Shown piece after piece: positions 21,468 to 31,437 of a stretch of 64,000 nucleotides of DNA (positions are counted from its first letter, which is position 1; each line of letters opens with the position of its first letter). Origin of the DNA: an uncultured Nitrososphaerales archaeon (lineage in GTDB: Archaea > Thermoproteota > Nitrososphaeria > Nitrososphaerales > Nitrososphaeraceae); NCBI GenBank assembly GCA_963695855.1, contig CAVOHZ010000010.1, positions 1,472,001-1,536,000 of the forward strand, written 5' to 3'. The notes under the pieces were generated by a model, which saw only the letters and a list, made by a program, of their open reading frames with translations, was not told where the DNA came from and ran no database searches. The translations under genes and the position numbers were made by a program.

Positions 21468-22148
21468 TTAAGAGTACTGTTTGTTCTGTTTCTGGACATC
21501 TGCATCTTTCCTTTCCTGCTGTTGCTTCTTATCGTACTCGTATCGTGGAGGCCCACCATTATACATTATCATAGTTATACATTCATCCCATGAAGAATTA
21601 ACAAACTGTTCAAAAGTAAATGAATCATTACGAATTGTTGGAGTTTTTACTAAAAACTTGATTTGATCTTTGTTATCATAAGTGGATTTTGCTATGATGT
21701 CATCAACCGCTTTCTTGCTGAATGGTACGTAGTAGACTTCATGCTGTCCTGTTCTATCGTATCCTATTATCTGGTCTCTCTCTATTACGGGCTCTAACTC
21801 CTGCTCCCAGTACTTGCCCTCTACATGATCTGCCACCGGTGCTACTTTACGGCCTTGCCAGTCCTTCCCATACCAATTCTCGAACCAGTAAAGGAATTCT
21901 TTCATCTCCCTTCTCTTAGAATTATAGTCAATTGCTCTAATGCGTACTATCCTCGTTATTTCTTTCTCTACTGGATACTTTTCTGCATCAACCAACATCA
22001 AAAAATGCTTGTTTTGATAATCTAGGTGCTCTGGAACGTCAAGACCATTCTTCCTGTAACTTTCTTCTGTTCTGTTATTCCAACCCTTCAAAATATCGGG
22101 TACTTTTTTCTTCTTTTGTTCTACGGGTACTGCTACTCTTCTAGCCAT
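21468..22148 (-). CDS. Conserved element protein of unknown function (226 aa)
   Basis: Closely similar, intact copy at 56656..57330. Confidence 0.9.
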   Translation of the reverse strand: MARRVAVPVEQKKKKVPDILKGWNNRTEESYRKNGLDVPEHLDYQNKHFLMLVDAEKYPVEKEITRIVRIRAIDYNSKRREMKEFLYWFENWYGKDWQGRKVAPVADHVEGKYWEQELEPVIERDQIIGYDRTGQHEVYYVPFSKKAVDDIIAKSTYDNKDQIKFLVKTPTIRNDSFTFEQFVNSSWDECITMIMYNGGPPRYEYDKKQQQERKDADVQKQNKQYS

Positions 22149-22262
22149 AATAACCTCTTACTAATTCTTATCTTAGTCTTGAGAATATTTAAATGTATAT
22201 GTATATCTGTTTTGACAGCAAGACGGCAATCATTATAAACATGGAAATGAATATTAAATTAT

Positions 22263-22466
22263 ATGGCAACAAGTCAACAACTAATAATGAAGGAAGAAGA
22301 ACAGGAGGAGGAGGGGATCAGTAAGACCACGATTAGATTACCAGACGAGATGTTAAGGGAATTGAAACATTTAGCCATAGATGATAGGAAAACCTTGACA
22401 GAGTTAGTTACTGAAGCATTAAGCGATTATCTGAAAAAGAGAAAAAAATTAGCACAAAATAAATGA
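22263..22466 (+). CDS. Ribbon-helix-helix (CopG/ParG-like) regulator
   Basis: KTTIRLPDEMLRELKHLAIDDRKTLTELVTEALSDYL. Confidence 0.88.
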   Translation: MATSQQLIMKEEEQEEEGISKTTIRLPDEMLRELKHLAIDDRKTLTELVTEALSDYLKKRKKLAQNK

Positions 22467-22828
22467 ATTCTTGTTATTGAAAATTTAAGTAGTCAGAACT
22501 TAATAATATTAATACCACTGGCAATCTCTGTAGTGAGAAAACTAGTTCCGTTGATGAAAAGAATATCAGGCCTGCGTCCGACCGATATTCTAATATCATC
22601 ATCGTAGTACACGTTTTACCACTATCTAGAGTGTGTGGGCTCATTCAGTGGTGTTGGAGGGAGAAAGAAACAAATAATGAATGAATATCTGGTTGGTCAT
22701 TCGCTCCATGATGATGATTGACGGATATCTGAATATTTGTATTCTTTGTTGTAATCCTTCCATCTCTCTCTCCAACGGTTATTATTAGACAAAAAATTGG
22801 TATCTTTATGTTTCTTGTTGTATGTAGG

Positions 22829-23308
22829 TTATCCTTCTTCGTTTGTTGATTCGTATCTTATCAATCTTGATCCTTTCTCTAGATGTCTTCTAACATCTGG
22901 GTCGTCTTCCAGATTTACCCTATTTAATCTCCTGTTAATAGTCTTTAACTTTCTAGGCTTGATAAAGTGTTCTACCGTTAGCCTTTTGCTGTCGTATATC
23001 GTTTCTTGGACGTCTCTGATGCCTGCTATCTGAGATTCCTGTTTGGCGTGTACCGTTGCCACTATTAGGCCACAGCGATAGCACTGTACCCAGTTCTCAG
23101 AATCTTGGGGTTTATCACCGTTAATAAGTTCTGAATCATGATAGATACGTTCCTTTAGTACATTATAATGTCCATAAGATTCACAATTAGGACAGTAACT
23201 ATGAGAGAAGTCTTCGCTATCTGAGTAATAATAATTGTTATCAGCAGTAGTTACAAAATAATCTCTTCTCTTTTTAATTCCAGGCATATATCTTCTATTG
23301 TTCTCCAA
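22829..23308 (-). CDS. Zinc-ribbon protein
   Basis: CPNC...CYRC; homologue at 55479..55964. Confidence 0.8.
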   Translation of the reverse strand: MENNRRYMPGIKKRRDYFVTTADNNYYYSDSEDFSHSYCPNCESYGHYNVLKERIYHDSELINGDKPQDSENWVQCYRCGLIVATVHAKQESQIAGIRDVQETIYDSKRLTVEHFIKPRKLKTINRRLNRVNLEDDPDVRRHLEKGSRLIRYESTNEEG

Positions 23309-23976
23309 TCATGCATGATATAGCCGCAATCCCAACACTGTAACCAGTCATAAGAGTCCTGTGGTAATTCGCCATTAATTAATTCCTCTTTTCTGTATAG
23401 ACGGGGAATTAATTGAACATGAATTCCTGCTTCTAGACAACGAGGACACCAACTTGTTTCACTTTCCTTACAATTTCCTGGCATTTATCTATCCACCTCT
23501 TTATCACTCCCTCAGTATCACACCTCTTAAAGATAAACGTAAGGAGTCTAAAAAATCTGAGTATATGGTGATATTCTTGTCAAGATCGAACTCGGTACCG
23601 TACGCAGATTTTAAGGATAGTATCAGTTTCTGGTACTTGGGATCTATTGCAATCTTCTTCTTTGATAGAAGATTATATGTCCATTCTAACATTGATTTGT
23701 GATTTTTTTGAAAGGAAATAGGAATAATATAATTATCATAAATTGATACGTCTTCGGATCTTTCCCATGTTAAAGATTCCCCGAACCTGGATTTTAATTC
23801 GTTGGTGAAACCTCTATTGGCAGAATCTACGAAAAACAGGCAGTTGGGTATCTGTGTATGTATTTGAAATATTCTGTCCGCCACGACTGAAGGACTTGCC
23901 TTATCATGTTCTTCCGATAGTATGACCCTTACTACCTGGTTCTCTAAATCTATCTCACAAACGGTTATGGCTGTAA
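23244..23976. repeat. 733-bp near-identical inverted repeat, partner 54811-55543
   Basis: Covers the terL nuclease half and the zinc-ribbon gene; I spotted one substitution (Y/H codon). Confidence 0.92.
23251..23484 (-). CDS. Small zinc-ribbon protein
   Basis: CPRC...CWDC; GAGGTG RBS. Confidence 0.8.
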   Translation of the reverse strand: MPGNCKESETSWCPRCLEAGIHVQLIPRLYRKEELINGELPQDSYDWLQCWDCGYIMHDWRTIEDICLELKREEIIL

Positions 23977-24928
23977 TAGACGAACTAAAGCCTGGATCAA
24001 TACCTGCAGGATGCAGACATCCATGATTGATAGGCAACTCGCTGTATTGCACACCTAACTGGACCGCTGTATCGATATCCTGCAAACTGAAGATATTGCC
24101 TATACGACCCTGGTATTTGAGACAGTATTCACGTTCAAAGTATGCCTCATTCTTTTCTCGTTCAATGAAAGCAGAATCGTATATCTTGTTAAGGCCTACA
24201 GTATAATGGAGGAATATTTTATGAAAGAAGTCTTTGAATATTTCGTTTCTCTCTATACGATCAAATAATCCTAATGGTTTATTCGGTGTACTTGCCACTA
24301 TAATTTTACACTTGCTTTTCTCCTCGTATGCCTTGATAACATATTCTAGTTCAAATTGTTCTGCAGGATCAAAAAAGTCAGCCTCATCAATGAACAGATA
24401 AGAAACGTCCGTGTAGCCTCTAAGGTCCTGTATTCTCTTCGTAGGAAATACCTTAATCCAGGTTTTGCCTAGCATTAATTCCGTGTACTTGGATTCAAAA
24501 TGAACATTAGGAAAATTGCGTTCAAATAAATTCTCTAATCTAATCTTTATGTTATTACTGAAATCTTCCCGTGTCCCAGATACCAAAAATATAGACTTAC
24601 CATGTAGTTTGTCAGAAGATAAACAGGACCACGCCAAATAGCGTAAAATCAGAGTTGTGAGGCCTATACCCCTAGCCTTTTTTACCCCTACATGCTGATT
24701 CCCTTCGATTGCATCAATGATATCTTTTTCATAGGAAAAAAGTGGGTATTCCTTGTTATTCTTGAGTGGCCATCCAATCAGACAATTAAAACAATCATCA
24801 ACATGGTTATGATTTTCGATTTCAAAATAGAAGGGTTTACCTTTGAATATCTCTAATTGGATAGGTTCAGCCGATTCAGCGAAACCTATTGAAAGAACAT
24901 CACTTGCCTTCTTGAAGCAGTTCAGCAT
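23504..24928 (-). CDS. Terminase large subunit-like protein (ATPase + RNase H-fold nuclease)
   Basis: KKARGIGLT Walker A, FIDEAD Walker B, ASTP motif, FEREY, GIDPG nuclease motif. Confidence 0.9.
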   Translation of the reverse strand: MLNCFKKASDVLSIGFAESAEPIQLEIFKGKPFYFEIENHNHVDDCFNCLIGWPLKNNKEYPLFSYEKDIIDAIEGNQHVGVKKARGIGLTTLILRYLAWSCLSSDKLHGKSIFLVSGTREDFSNNIKIRLENLFERNFPNVHFESKYTELMLGKTWIKVFPTKRIQDLRGYTDVSYLFIDEADFFDPAEQFELEYVIKAYEEKSKCKIIVASTPNKPLGLFDRIERNEIFKDFFHKIFLHYTVGLNKIYDSAFIEREKNEAYFEREYCLKYQGRIGNIFSLQDIDTAVQLGVQYSELPINHGCLHPAGIDPGFSSSITAITVCEIDLENQVVRVILSEEHDKASPSVVADRIFQIHTQIPNCLFFVDSANRGFTNELKSRFGESLTWERSEDVSIYDNYIIPISFQKNHKSMLEWTYNLLSKKKIAIDPKYQKLILSLKSAYGTEFDLDKNITIYSDFLDSLRLSLRGVILRE

Positions 24929-25356
24929 GTTCTAGTTTTGCCTTTATCTGTGCTATGACTGGTGTACCCAGACTTAGTTCCTGCAGCAGTTTAACATTCT
25001 CTCTAATTTCATATCTCAATTTCATTATTAATTCTTGATTCTTTACATGCGTAGGTTTATTTTGTTCTAAGTAATCACGAATTGTATCATTCTGTACCAT
25101 CTCAACCACTTCAATTATTTGCTGATGCTTGACTACAAAGCCGACTCTGGAAAAGTAGGACATCCATTGATTGGCGTACTGCCCTGAATCTACCTGTTTC
25201 TTCCTGCGGTAATATGTCTCTACTGATATCTGCTTTCCAAGTCTGGCATGTATGTATGTATGCTAAGGCTTCTTTCTCAGATAAACCGTAATTTACGGTA
25301 TCCGCTACCAATGGCATAAGTATTTGTTTCTCTTTGGCTGTGAAACTTCCTCCCAT
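24900..25356 (-). pseudogene. Small-terminase candidate, frameshifted by an extra 4-bp unit in an (ATGT)n tract at 25248-25262
   Basis: Removing 4 bp restores colinearity with 53417..53872. Confidence 0.8.
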
Positions 25357-25397
25357 TTACTTCGTCTGCACCTCGTACCTTGACAAATTAACTGTTA

Positions 25398-26480
25398 TCA
25401 TTTTTTATTTAAATATTCAATCAGTTTTTCCCTACGCATTGGCGGGATTTGTTTGTTCGCTGCAATCTGTAACGCTCTCTTTATTCTGTGGTTGTAATTG
25501 ACTGATCTATCCAACTTTTCCATTTCATTGCATTTGTCTAACCACTCTCTAATTATTTTAAATGATTTCTCAAATTCCTTTTTCTTGACTACTATAAGGT
25601 AAGGTGCTAAGACAAGATCAATCGTTCGCTTTCTGCAATCTTTAATTGGTGCATTTAATAACTTTTCAATCCATTCATAATAATTTGAATCAAATAAATT
25701 ATTTGGTTTACGATTTTTCCATATTTTTTCATCTTCTAATCTTTTGTTTAATTTCTTCTTGATTAGATAACCTTGGAATTCTATTATTAACGCCTTGGTT
25801 ACTCTGGGCCTTATACCATTCCACTTCTGCAATATCTTAACCTGTTTATTACGTTTGTAGTTTATGGAGCCTGGGATCCTTAACAAGCAGGACCTAAAAG
25901 AAGGATTGTGTGACTTGTCCGCTTTACCATTCGATAGAAAATCTTTATAGAATCTTAGGAATTGTTCAGAAGGCTTATCGCCGTATTCGTTGAATTCCTT
26001 GATTCCCTCCAAGGCGGGACATTCTACTGGCTGTATTACATGGTATCCGCCCCCGCTGTGTAGGACCGTAGGGCTAGCCGAATCGCCTAACCATTCTTTG
26101 ATATTCTTCAAGGTTCTATCAAGTGCAACCCGTAAACTTTTACAAGATTTGAAACCTTGTAAATCTAAATCTATGAATATTAAATCAGGTTTCCAGAATA
26201 AACCCCCTGTTTTCAGGTCCGAATAGTAAAAGGCGTTAATTCTGCAATCTTCATAATTGGATTCTTTAAAGTAGTCTAACGCTTGTTCTTTCGAATTAAC
26301 TTCTTTCTGCACCATTGTTTTAGGAGTCATTATGGTTCTTGGGAATACTGGACTCGAAAAATGGGATAAAAGAAAGTCTAAACCCTGTGAAGGTGTGAAG
26401 GGTGTGAAGGCCCCTAGGATAGGGGGGTAGGTGTTTTTAGAACTTTTTTGTTCTATTTTTGCAGCAGAAGCAGTGGTCAT
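25398..26480 (-). CDS. AEP-superfamily primase with PriX-like C-terminal domain
   Basis: FIDLD, HSGGGYH, LRIPGSIN; WIEKLL...DCRKR...LAPYL tail. Confidence 0.85.
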   Translation of the reverse strand: MTTASAAKIEQKSSKNTYPPILGAFTPFTPSQGLDFLLSHFSSPVFPRTIMTPKTMVQKEVNSKEQALDYFKESNYEDCRINAFYYSDLKTGGLFWKPDLIFIDLDLQGFKSCKSLRVALDRTLKNIKEWLGDSASPTVLHSGGGYHVIQPVECPALEGIKEFNEYGDKPSEQFLRFYKDFLSNGKADKSHNPSFRSCLLRIPGSINYKRNKQVKILQKWNGIRPRVTKALIIEFQGYLIKKKLNKRLEDEKIWKNRKPNNLFDSNYYEWIEKLLNAPIKDCRKRTIDLVLAPYLIVVKKKEFEKSFKIIREWLDKCNEMEKLDRSVNYNHRIKRALQIAANKQIPPMRREKLIEYLNKK

Positions 26481-26845
26481 TCCCAGGGATTCCCCCTAGG
26501 TACCAGTTGTGATTTACGCCAAGGTTTTTCATTTACAACAATAAATAATTCTGTTCTGTTTAAGTCTTCGATATACTGCAGGGATGGATGTAACGGTTGT
26601 TTAGGGTGATTGCTATGACAGTGTCTATTGTAATCGTATAGGGTTATGAACTCACTATTGAAACTTGGACAGTTTTGATGGTGACACCTTAACCTTTTAC
26701 CTTCCTTCAAGTGTTCAAGAATCTTTTGTCTGTTCTCAGAATCAAGATAACCATAACTAAAGAATGAAGGTGCTCCTGCTTCCCTTTCCCTTGCAGATAA
26801 TTCCTTCTTTTGCTTGGGTGTTAGTGTCAACGTAGGATTTACCAA
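26477..26845 (-). CDS. C2H2 zinc-finger protein
   Basis: CHHQNC...RHCHSNH; homologue at 51629. Confidence 0.82.
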   Translation of the reverse strand: MVNPTLTLTPKQKKELSAREREAGAPSFFSYGYLDSENRQKILEHLKEGKRLRCHHQNCPSFNSEFITLYDYNRHCHSNHPKQPLHPSLQYIEDLNRTELFIVVNEKPWRKSQLVPRGNPWE

Positions 26846-28789
26846 GGTGGACTACCCTCCCGCCATTCGCCTTTCTCCCCAAATTGATAGTGTATCTCAT
26901 CCGCCGCTTCGGCTCCCTCGTCACTTTTTTCAAAATCAGGGGTACCCCCTTCCTCAGATGTCTTCACACTATTCACGCCTTCACCTTCCTCTTCGGGCTC
27001 TGATTCTGACTCTTCATCATCATCTTCTGATTCTTCTGATGATGATTGAGTATGATTGAGTAGTTGTTGTTGTTATTTCCTTAACAATTATTCTGGTTTT
27101 ATCATTCTCTATATCCGACTTTACCAGTTCCTTAATTACGGTACGGTCAAATACCAAGATGTTTCCTTTATCGCCATGCTTTATACTTGCACCAAAGCAA
27201 TCACAAACCATGCCGGATATCGTTGTCCTGTATAAAGTCCCATAATCGTCTGTATGAAATTCATTAGGCTTATGCAGGTCTGGCAGTCCTGGAATCTCGT
27301 TGATTATTGCCTTCCAAAAGTCTAGAGAAGATACTTGATTCGTATTCTCGGTTAATTTATCAATTATTGGCAGTAGAACGGATTCGATTGATGATTGTTT
27401 TTTATTATTCTTGATGTCCAAAAATGTTTGGAGCGTCTCAACTACTTCATTCTGACATTTGCATCCATGAAAGAGTTGGACGCAGTATTTTACAAGTTGC
27501 CTATCCCTTCCTTCAACTCCTATATCTAAATCTGGAATCATCTCCTTGAAATGCATTAATCTGTAAACCAGCAACAACTTTCGAAAGTTCATAATCTCCT
27601 GCAGCAATCTCTTATTATCGGGTCCGCCTGTGTTAGTAGGATTCAGGACTTCCAGGATATCATGTTTTATACTTCCCTTGAAACAGTTGATAGAAAAGAT
27701 TCTCGAATTAACACCTTTTGCAATTGATTGATTCAGTGACCTTTCAGATATAATTATTTTAGGACAGTATGTAAAGTGGCGTTCAGATTTTGATGTGTAT
27801 TGGTTGATTTTAGGAGTCCATCCTCCATATGAGAAACCCGTCTTCAATACTGCCATTAATTCAGGCGACTTGTCTATCTTGTCAGCCTCTTCCAGTACCA
27901 TGGTACACTGCATAGACTCCACCATTCCTAGCGATCTAAATAAGTTGGGTGCGCTTGGGTCTGTCATTACTGCGGCCCTATACGCTAACCCCCTAAGTGT
28001 CTCTGCAATAGACGTCTTACCGCTTCCATTACCACCAACCAGATAAAGATAATGAGTTGTTGAGAACCTATCTTGAAAGTGTGAGGTGATTATGTTTATT
28101 GCTATTAATTTTAATTTGTGTGGTAACTGGTTGTTATATCTAGAAACTATTTTGTAACATGTCTTATAGAGATAATCTCGGTCTATGTCGTTATCTTCAA
28201 TGAACCTGGCGATACCGTTAATCTCATCCAGACTATCAAATTCATAAGGTAAGTGTGGACATTCTTCTATTGCCGGAGGTACTAGGATTCTAGTGGCCTC
28301 TTCTATCTTATCAATTCCTTCAAATGTTCCTGTATTATTGTTGAATCTTATGTATGTCGCGAATCCTGCAATAAACACAGATTCATGCAGTTCACCTCTT
28401 CCCATCTCGGAGTATTTGAAAGTTGAAATGAGTTGCTTTGGTTTTTCTTCGTCTTCCTCTTGTGTCTGTTCTTTAGACTTATTATTACTAGTGTTATTAG
28501 GAGATGTTAAAATATCCTCATTATCGTTCAGGAATCTGTAAAATATTGACCTCTGTGTCTTATCGGTGTACCCATATACCTGGGCTTGGTCCCACACTAT
28601 CTTGATATTACGTGGCCAATCATCTATTATCGGTGTAAATACTATATCGGCGTTTATCTTTCCATTTAATGATATTTTTACACGGTTTCTATCAGGATAA
28701 TAAAACCCCTCTTTAATCAATTCGCTATTCTTGACTTCTGGACTTTGCTTTAATTCTCTAACGTTATTATTTTCTTCGTTGGTAGTCAA
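26839..28789 (-). CDS. P-loop ATPase / putative replicative helicase; acidic tail frameshifted by a 10-bp duplication at 27043-27062
   Basis: GGNGSGKT Walker A, VLEEAD Walker B; the tail in the alternate frame matches the end of the B copy (YQFGEKGEWREG). Confidence 0.8.
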
Positions 28790-29043
28790 CTGAAAAACAC
28801 CCCTTCTAGTAGCGCTTTACCAGACATGATTTCGTAATTGTACTTTATTCCGCTATCTTTACAAACCCAACACGGACATTTGGACCTGGTAATTATTGTC
28901 TTTCTACTACCATTGTTAGTTTCTTGTGTAAACTGACTTACTTTAGGTAAGTTTAATAAATTGTTTTGGGTATCAATAATCACAAGTTCGCCATTACTCG
29001 TTTGTCCACTGGATTTCTTGCCAGTGGCCTTTTTTATCCTCAA
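28786..29043 (-). CDS. Small Cys-cluster protein (CPCWVC), first gene of the replication operon
   Basis: Homologue at 49456..49674; GGAGG RBS. Confidence 0.75.
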   Translation of the reverse strand: MRIKKATGKKSSGQTSNGELVIIDTQNNLLNLPKVSQFTQETNNGSRKTIITRSKCPCWVCKDSGIKYNYEIMSGKALLEGVFFS

Positions 29044-29049
29044 ATTTTG

Positions 29050-29161
29050 TTACGCCCTCCGACCGATAATATTATGTCTAACAGTGTACCTAATCATCGG
29101 TTGACCTAGGACCAGCAGAGCCAACGATAATCCTAGGCCGCCGGAGGGGGTGCTAGCGTAA
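29050..29161 (-). promoter_or_regulatory. Putative structured RNA leader sequestering the RBS
   Basis: Covarying stems with G-U pairs relative to 49341-49451. Confidence 0.6.
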
Positions 29162-29358
29162 TAAATTCGCAAATATTTGCATTTTTTGACATTTTTTGAC
29201 ATTTTTTGACGAACAATTGCAGCACAATCGCAAAATACAGTACAAACCTTTAAAGGTGAATTTTTACTATCTTTCATTGACGTTCACTTCTGGTAGCGGT
29301 GCCGGTTGCTGTCGTCGTCCGTTGTTGCTGTCGTGCGTTCGCTTCGAATCACGATATT

Positions 29359-29389
29359 GGCTTTGGCCGAGGTAATGGGCGGCCAAGCC
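29359..29389 (-). promoter_or_regulatory. Conserved bulged hairpin with CCATTACC loop
   Basis: Four compensatory pair changes relative to 49116-49149. Confidence 0.65.
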
Positions 29390-29406
29390 TTCTTTTAATA
29401 ATATTA

Positions 29407-29593
29407 TCATCCTTTACTTTCAGTCTCCAATGGTTTTGATGTTTTCTCTAAAAGTTGGAGTTACAACATCATTCAAACTATCCTATGATGTTCCCATGTT
29501 TCTGAGTCTTTGAAAATTTATATCGTCTACAAGTATGTGATGCGTTTTTTTATTATGTTTTGTTTGTTGAGAAGTAGTAATAATCGTACTCAT
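29407..29593 (-). pseudogene. RHH regulator pseudogene
   Basis: HILVDDINFQRLRNMGTS*DSLNDVV; homologue of 48911..49099. Confidence 0.75.
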
Positions 29594-29683
29594 AGTTAAA
29601 AATATTAAGAAGTAACTTACTTATTAATTATAGTTTTTGATTGATTTTTTGTCTATTTACCCATGTTAGGGGTACAAATTTCA

Positions 29684-29697
29684 GTCACAATCTATAA
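29684..29697 (+). other. att core 2 (GTCACAATCTATAA)
   Basis: 13/14 match to the reverse complement of 60458-60471. Confidence 0.75.
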
Positions 29698-29934
29698 ATA
29701 CGGAACAACCAAAGAACTGCTAAATGAGAACATAAACCAAGACGGCTCCTAACTTACCATGATAAGAACATAGGAAACATATCCTAACAAAATAAACAAT
29801 AATAACATAAGAAAAATAATCTCTTGCTCACAATTTAATGTCAAACTTTTAATGTAGACTATTGGTTTACTAAAAGCGCCAAAAAAAATGTTAGCAAAAA
29901 AGATAATTGATTAAAAGATATATAATATGTTTTA

Positions 29935-30321
29935 TTATAGGTGAAGTAAAGTATCAACTGGTTGGATGGAGATCACACCAATCTTTTTTTCACTCTTGTC
30001 ATTTATATGTTTAAGTTTTTGTACTAACTCCTCTAGAATATCTGACTGTGCTATGGTTACTATAGTCTTGCGATTTGAGGATATAGTAGCAGTTTGTCCT
30101 CCTGCTTTTCCTGACCTTATTTTTTGCTTGGACTGTCCATAACCATGCGAGTCATATAATGTGGCCTCTAAGTTTAAACTCTCAATTCCTGAAATTATTT
30201 CATCAACTTGTTCGGGACTAGCAAAAATTTCTATCTTTTTTAAACCTGCTTTAATTTTATTTTCATCTGTCTTTTCAGATTTGTCTATTTCGAAAGGTAA
30301 AACAGCTTTTTTATCTGTCAT
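29935..30321 (-). CDS. P-II family (GlnB-like) signalling protein, divergent
   Basis: KKIEIF...GYGQ...KIGVISIQPV pattern. Confidence 0.75.
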   Translation of the reverse strand: MTDKKAVLPFEIDKSEKTDENKIKAGLKKIEIFASPEQVDEIISGIESLNLEATLYDSHGYGQSKQKIRSGKAGGQTATISSNRKTIVTIAQSDILEELVQKLKHINDKSEKKIGVISIQPVDTLLHL

Positions 30322-31437
30322 TATAAAAATATATAATTACAATCTAAATAAAGTATTTGTTTATAAAATTTTTCATATTTTTTGTACCCCTCACAGCGGT
30401 TACTTGGATATTGCTACTCGTTAAAATTTATTATTCTAGTTATCAGCAGATTTCCATATAACTTGAATACTTTGTCATGATTTCATTAAATTCCGTCTAT
30501 CTATCAATAACAAGAAAACCCATCATTTCTCTAGTATTAGTATATATAGAAATGCACGTCTAAAAATAATTTATAATTCTAGATTTAAAAACAGTTCTTT
30601 TACTTCTTCTAGTTGCTTATGGCGTGTTTCGACCAAACTCAATCCTCAATGCTATATTTATCAAGGATATCTAAATTCTTAATCATATTAATCCAGTCCT
30701 GACTTATCGTGAAAAAATTAAACGGATCCAATATGTATTTTTTTATTTATCGATTAGTCACATCCAACGCAGACGACGAGGATATATTGCTTAAGGAAAG
30801 TATTGCCGAGTTTTAATCATACCAGTTTGTGAATGTTCTATCTCCGTAAATTTTCGGCAGCAAAAAATTGTCAATATATTCAGAATAACAAATACCGGAA
30901 AACCACAAGTATTTCACATCCTGTTTTCAGTATATTTCTCTATATTGTTGTTAATTAATATTCTACAGTTCTTGTTTCCATTTTTCAACTTTGGGTATTT
31001 ACTATTATTGTGATTTTACCTCTCAACTCAAAACTAACTATTTTTTTGTCATTTTATTTATTGTTGCTACTTTTGATAATAGTAATAATAATTTCTTTCG
31101 TTATTTTTCTACTAGAACTCTAACAACCCTACAATTATGTCGTCAAATCAATCTAGGTTACGATGCCTCTCACTATGTCTTCTTAACCATTGAGTCTCTT
31201 CATTTAACTGGATTAATCTGATTTCTTTAGTACTAATAGCAGATATATGTTAATAGTACTGATTGTATTAGGTATATTTTTTATTTTTAGGAAATCATTT
31301 CTTATTCTTATTATCTATATATAGTCAAGATAATTAATTACTGTGATTCATACACCTAAATATTTTCTATATCATGATTACTAAGACAAACCCAGCTAAA
31401 ATTTTTATACATTGATCAAGCAAGAAAAGAGGATTAT

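Larger units (their letters stand above)
16297..29697 (+). mobile_element. Element A: integrative, terminase-encoding, capsid-less element (13.4 kb)
   Basis: Integrase at the left end; replication and packaging operon on the minus strand; subterminal inverted motifs GAAGTTGTACCTTA (16316) and TAGGGGTACAAATTTC (to 29682); homologous along its length to element B. Confidence 0.9.

Noticed and set aside
29050-29161. Twister or hammerhead ribozyme
   Set aside because: The GGAGGG end looks superficially similar, but I could not find the conserved catalytic cores or pseudoknots; kept only as a structured leader.
30400-31250. Long intergenic region with short ORFs
   Set aside because: No recognisable motif, repeat or structure found by eye.
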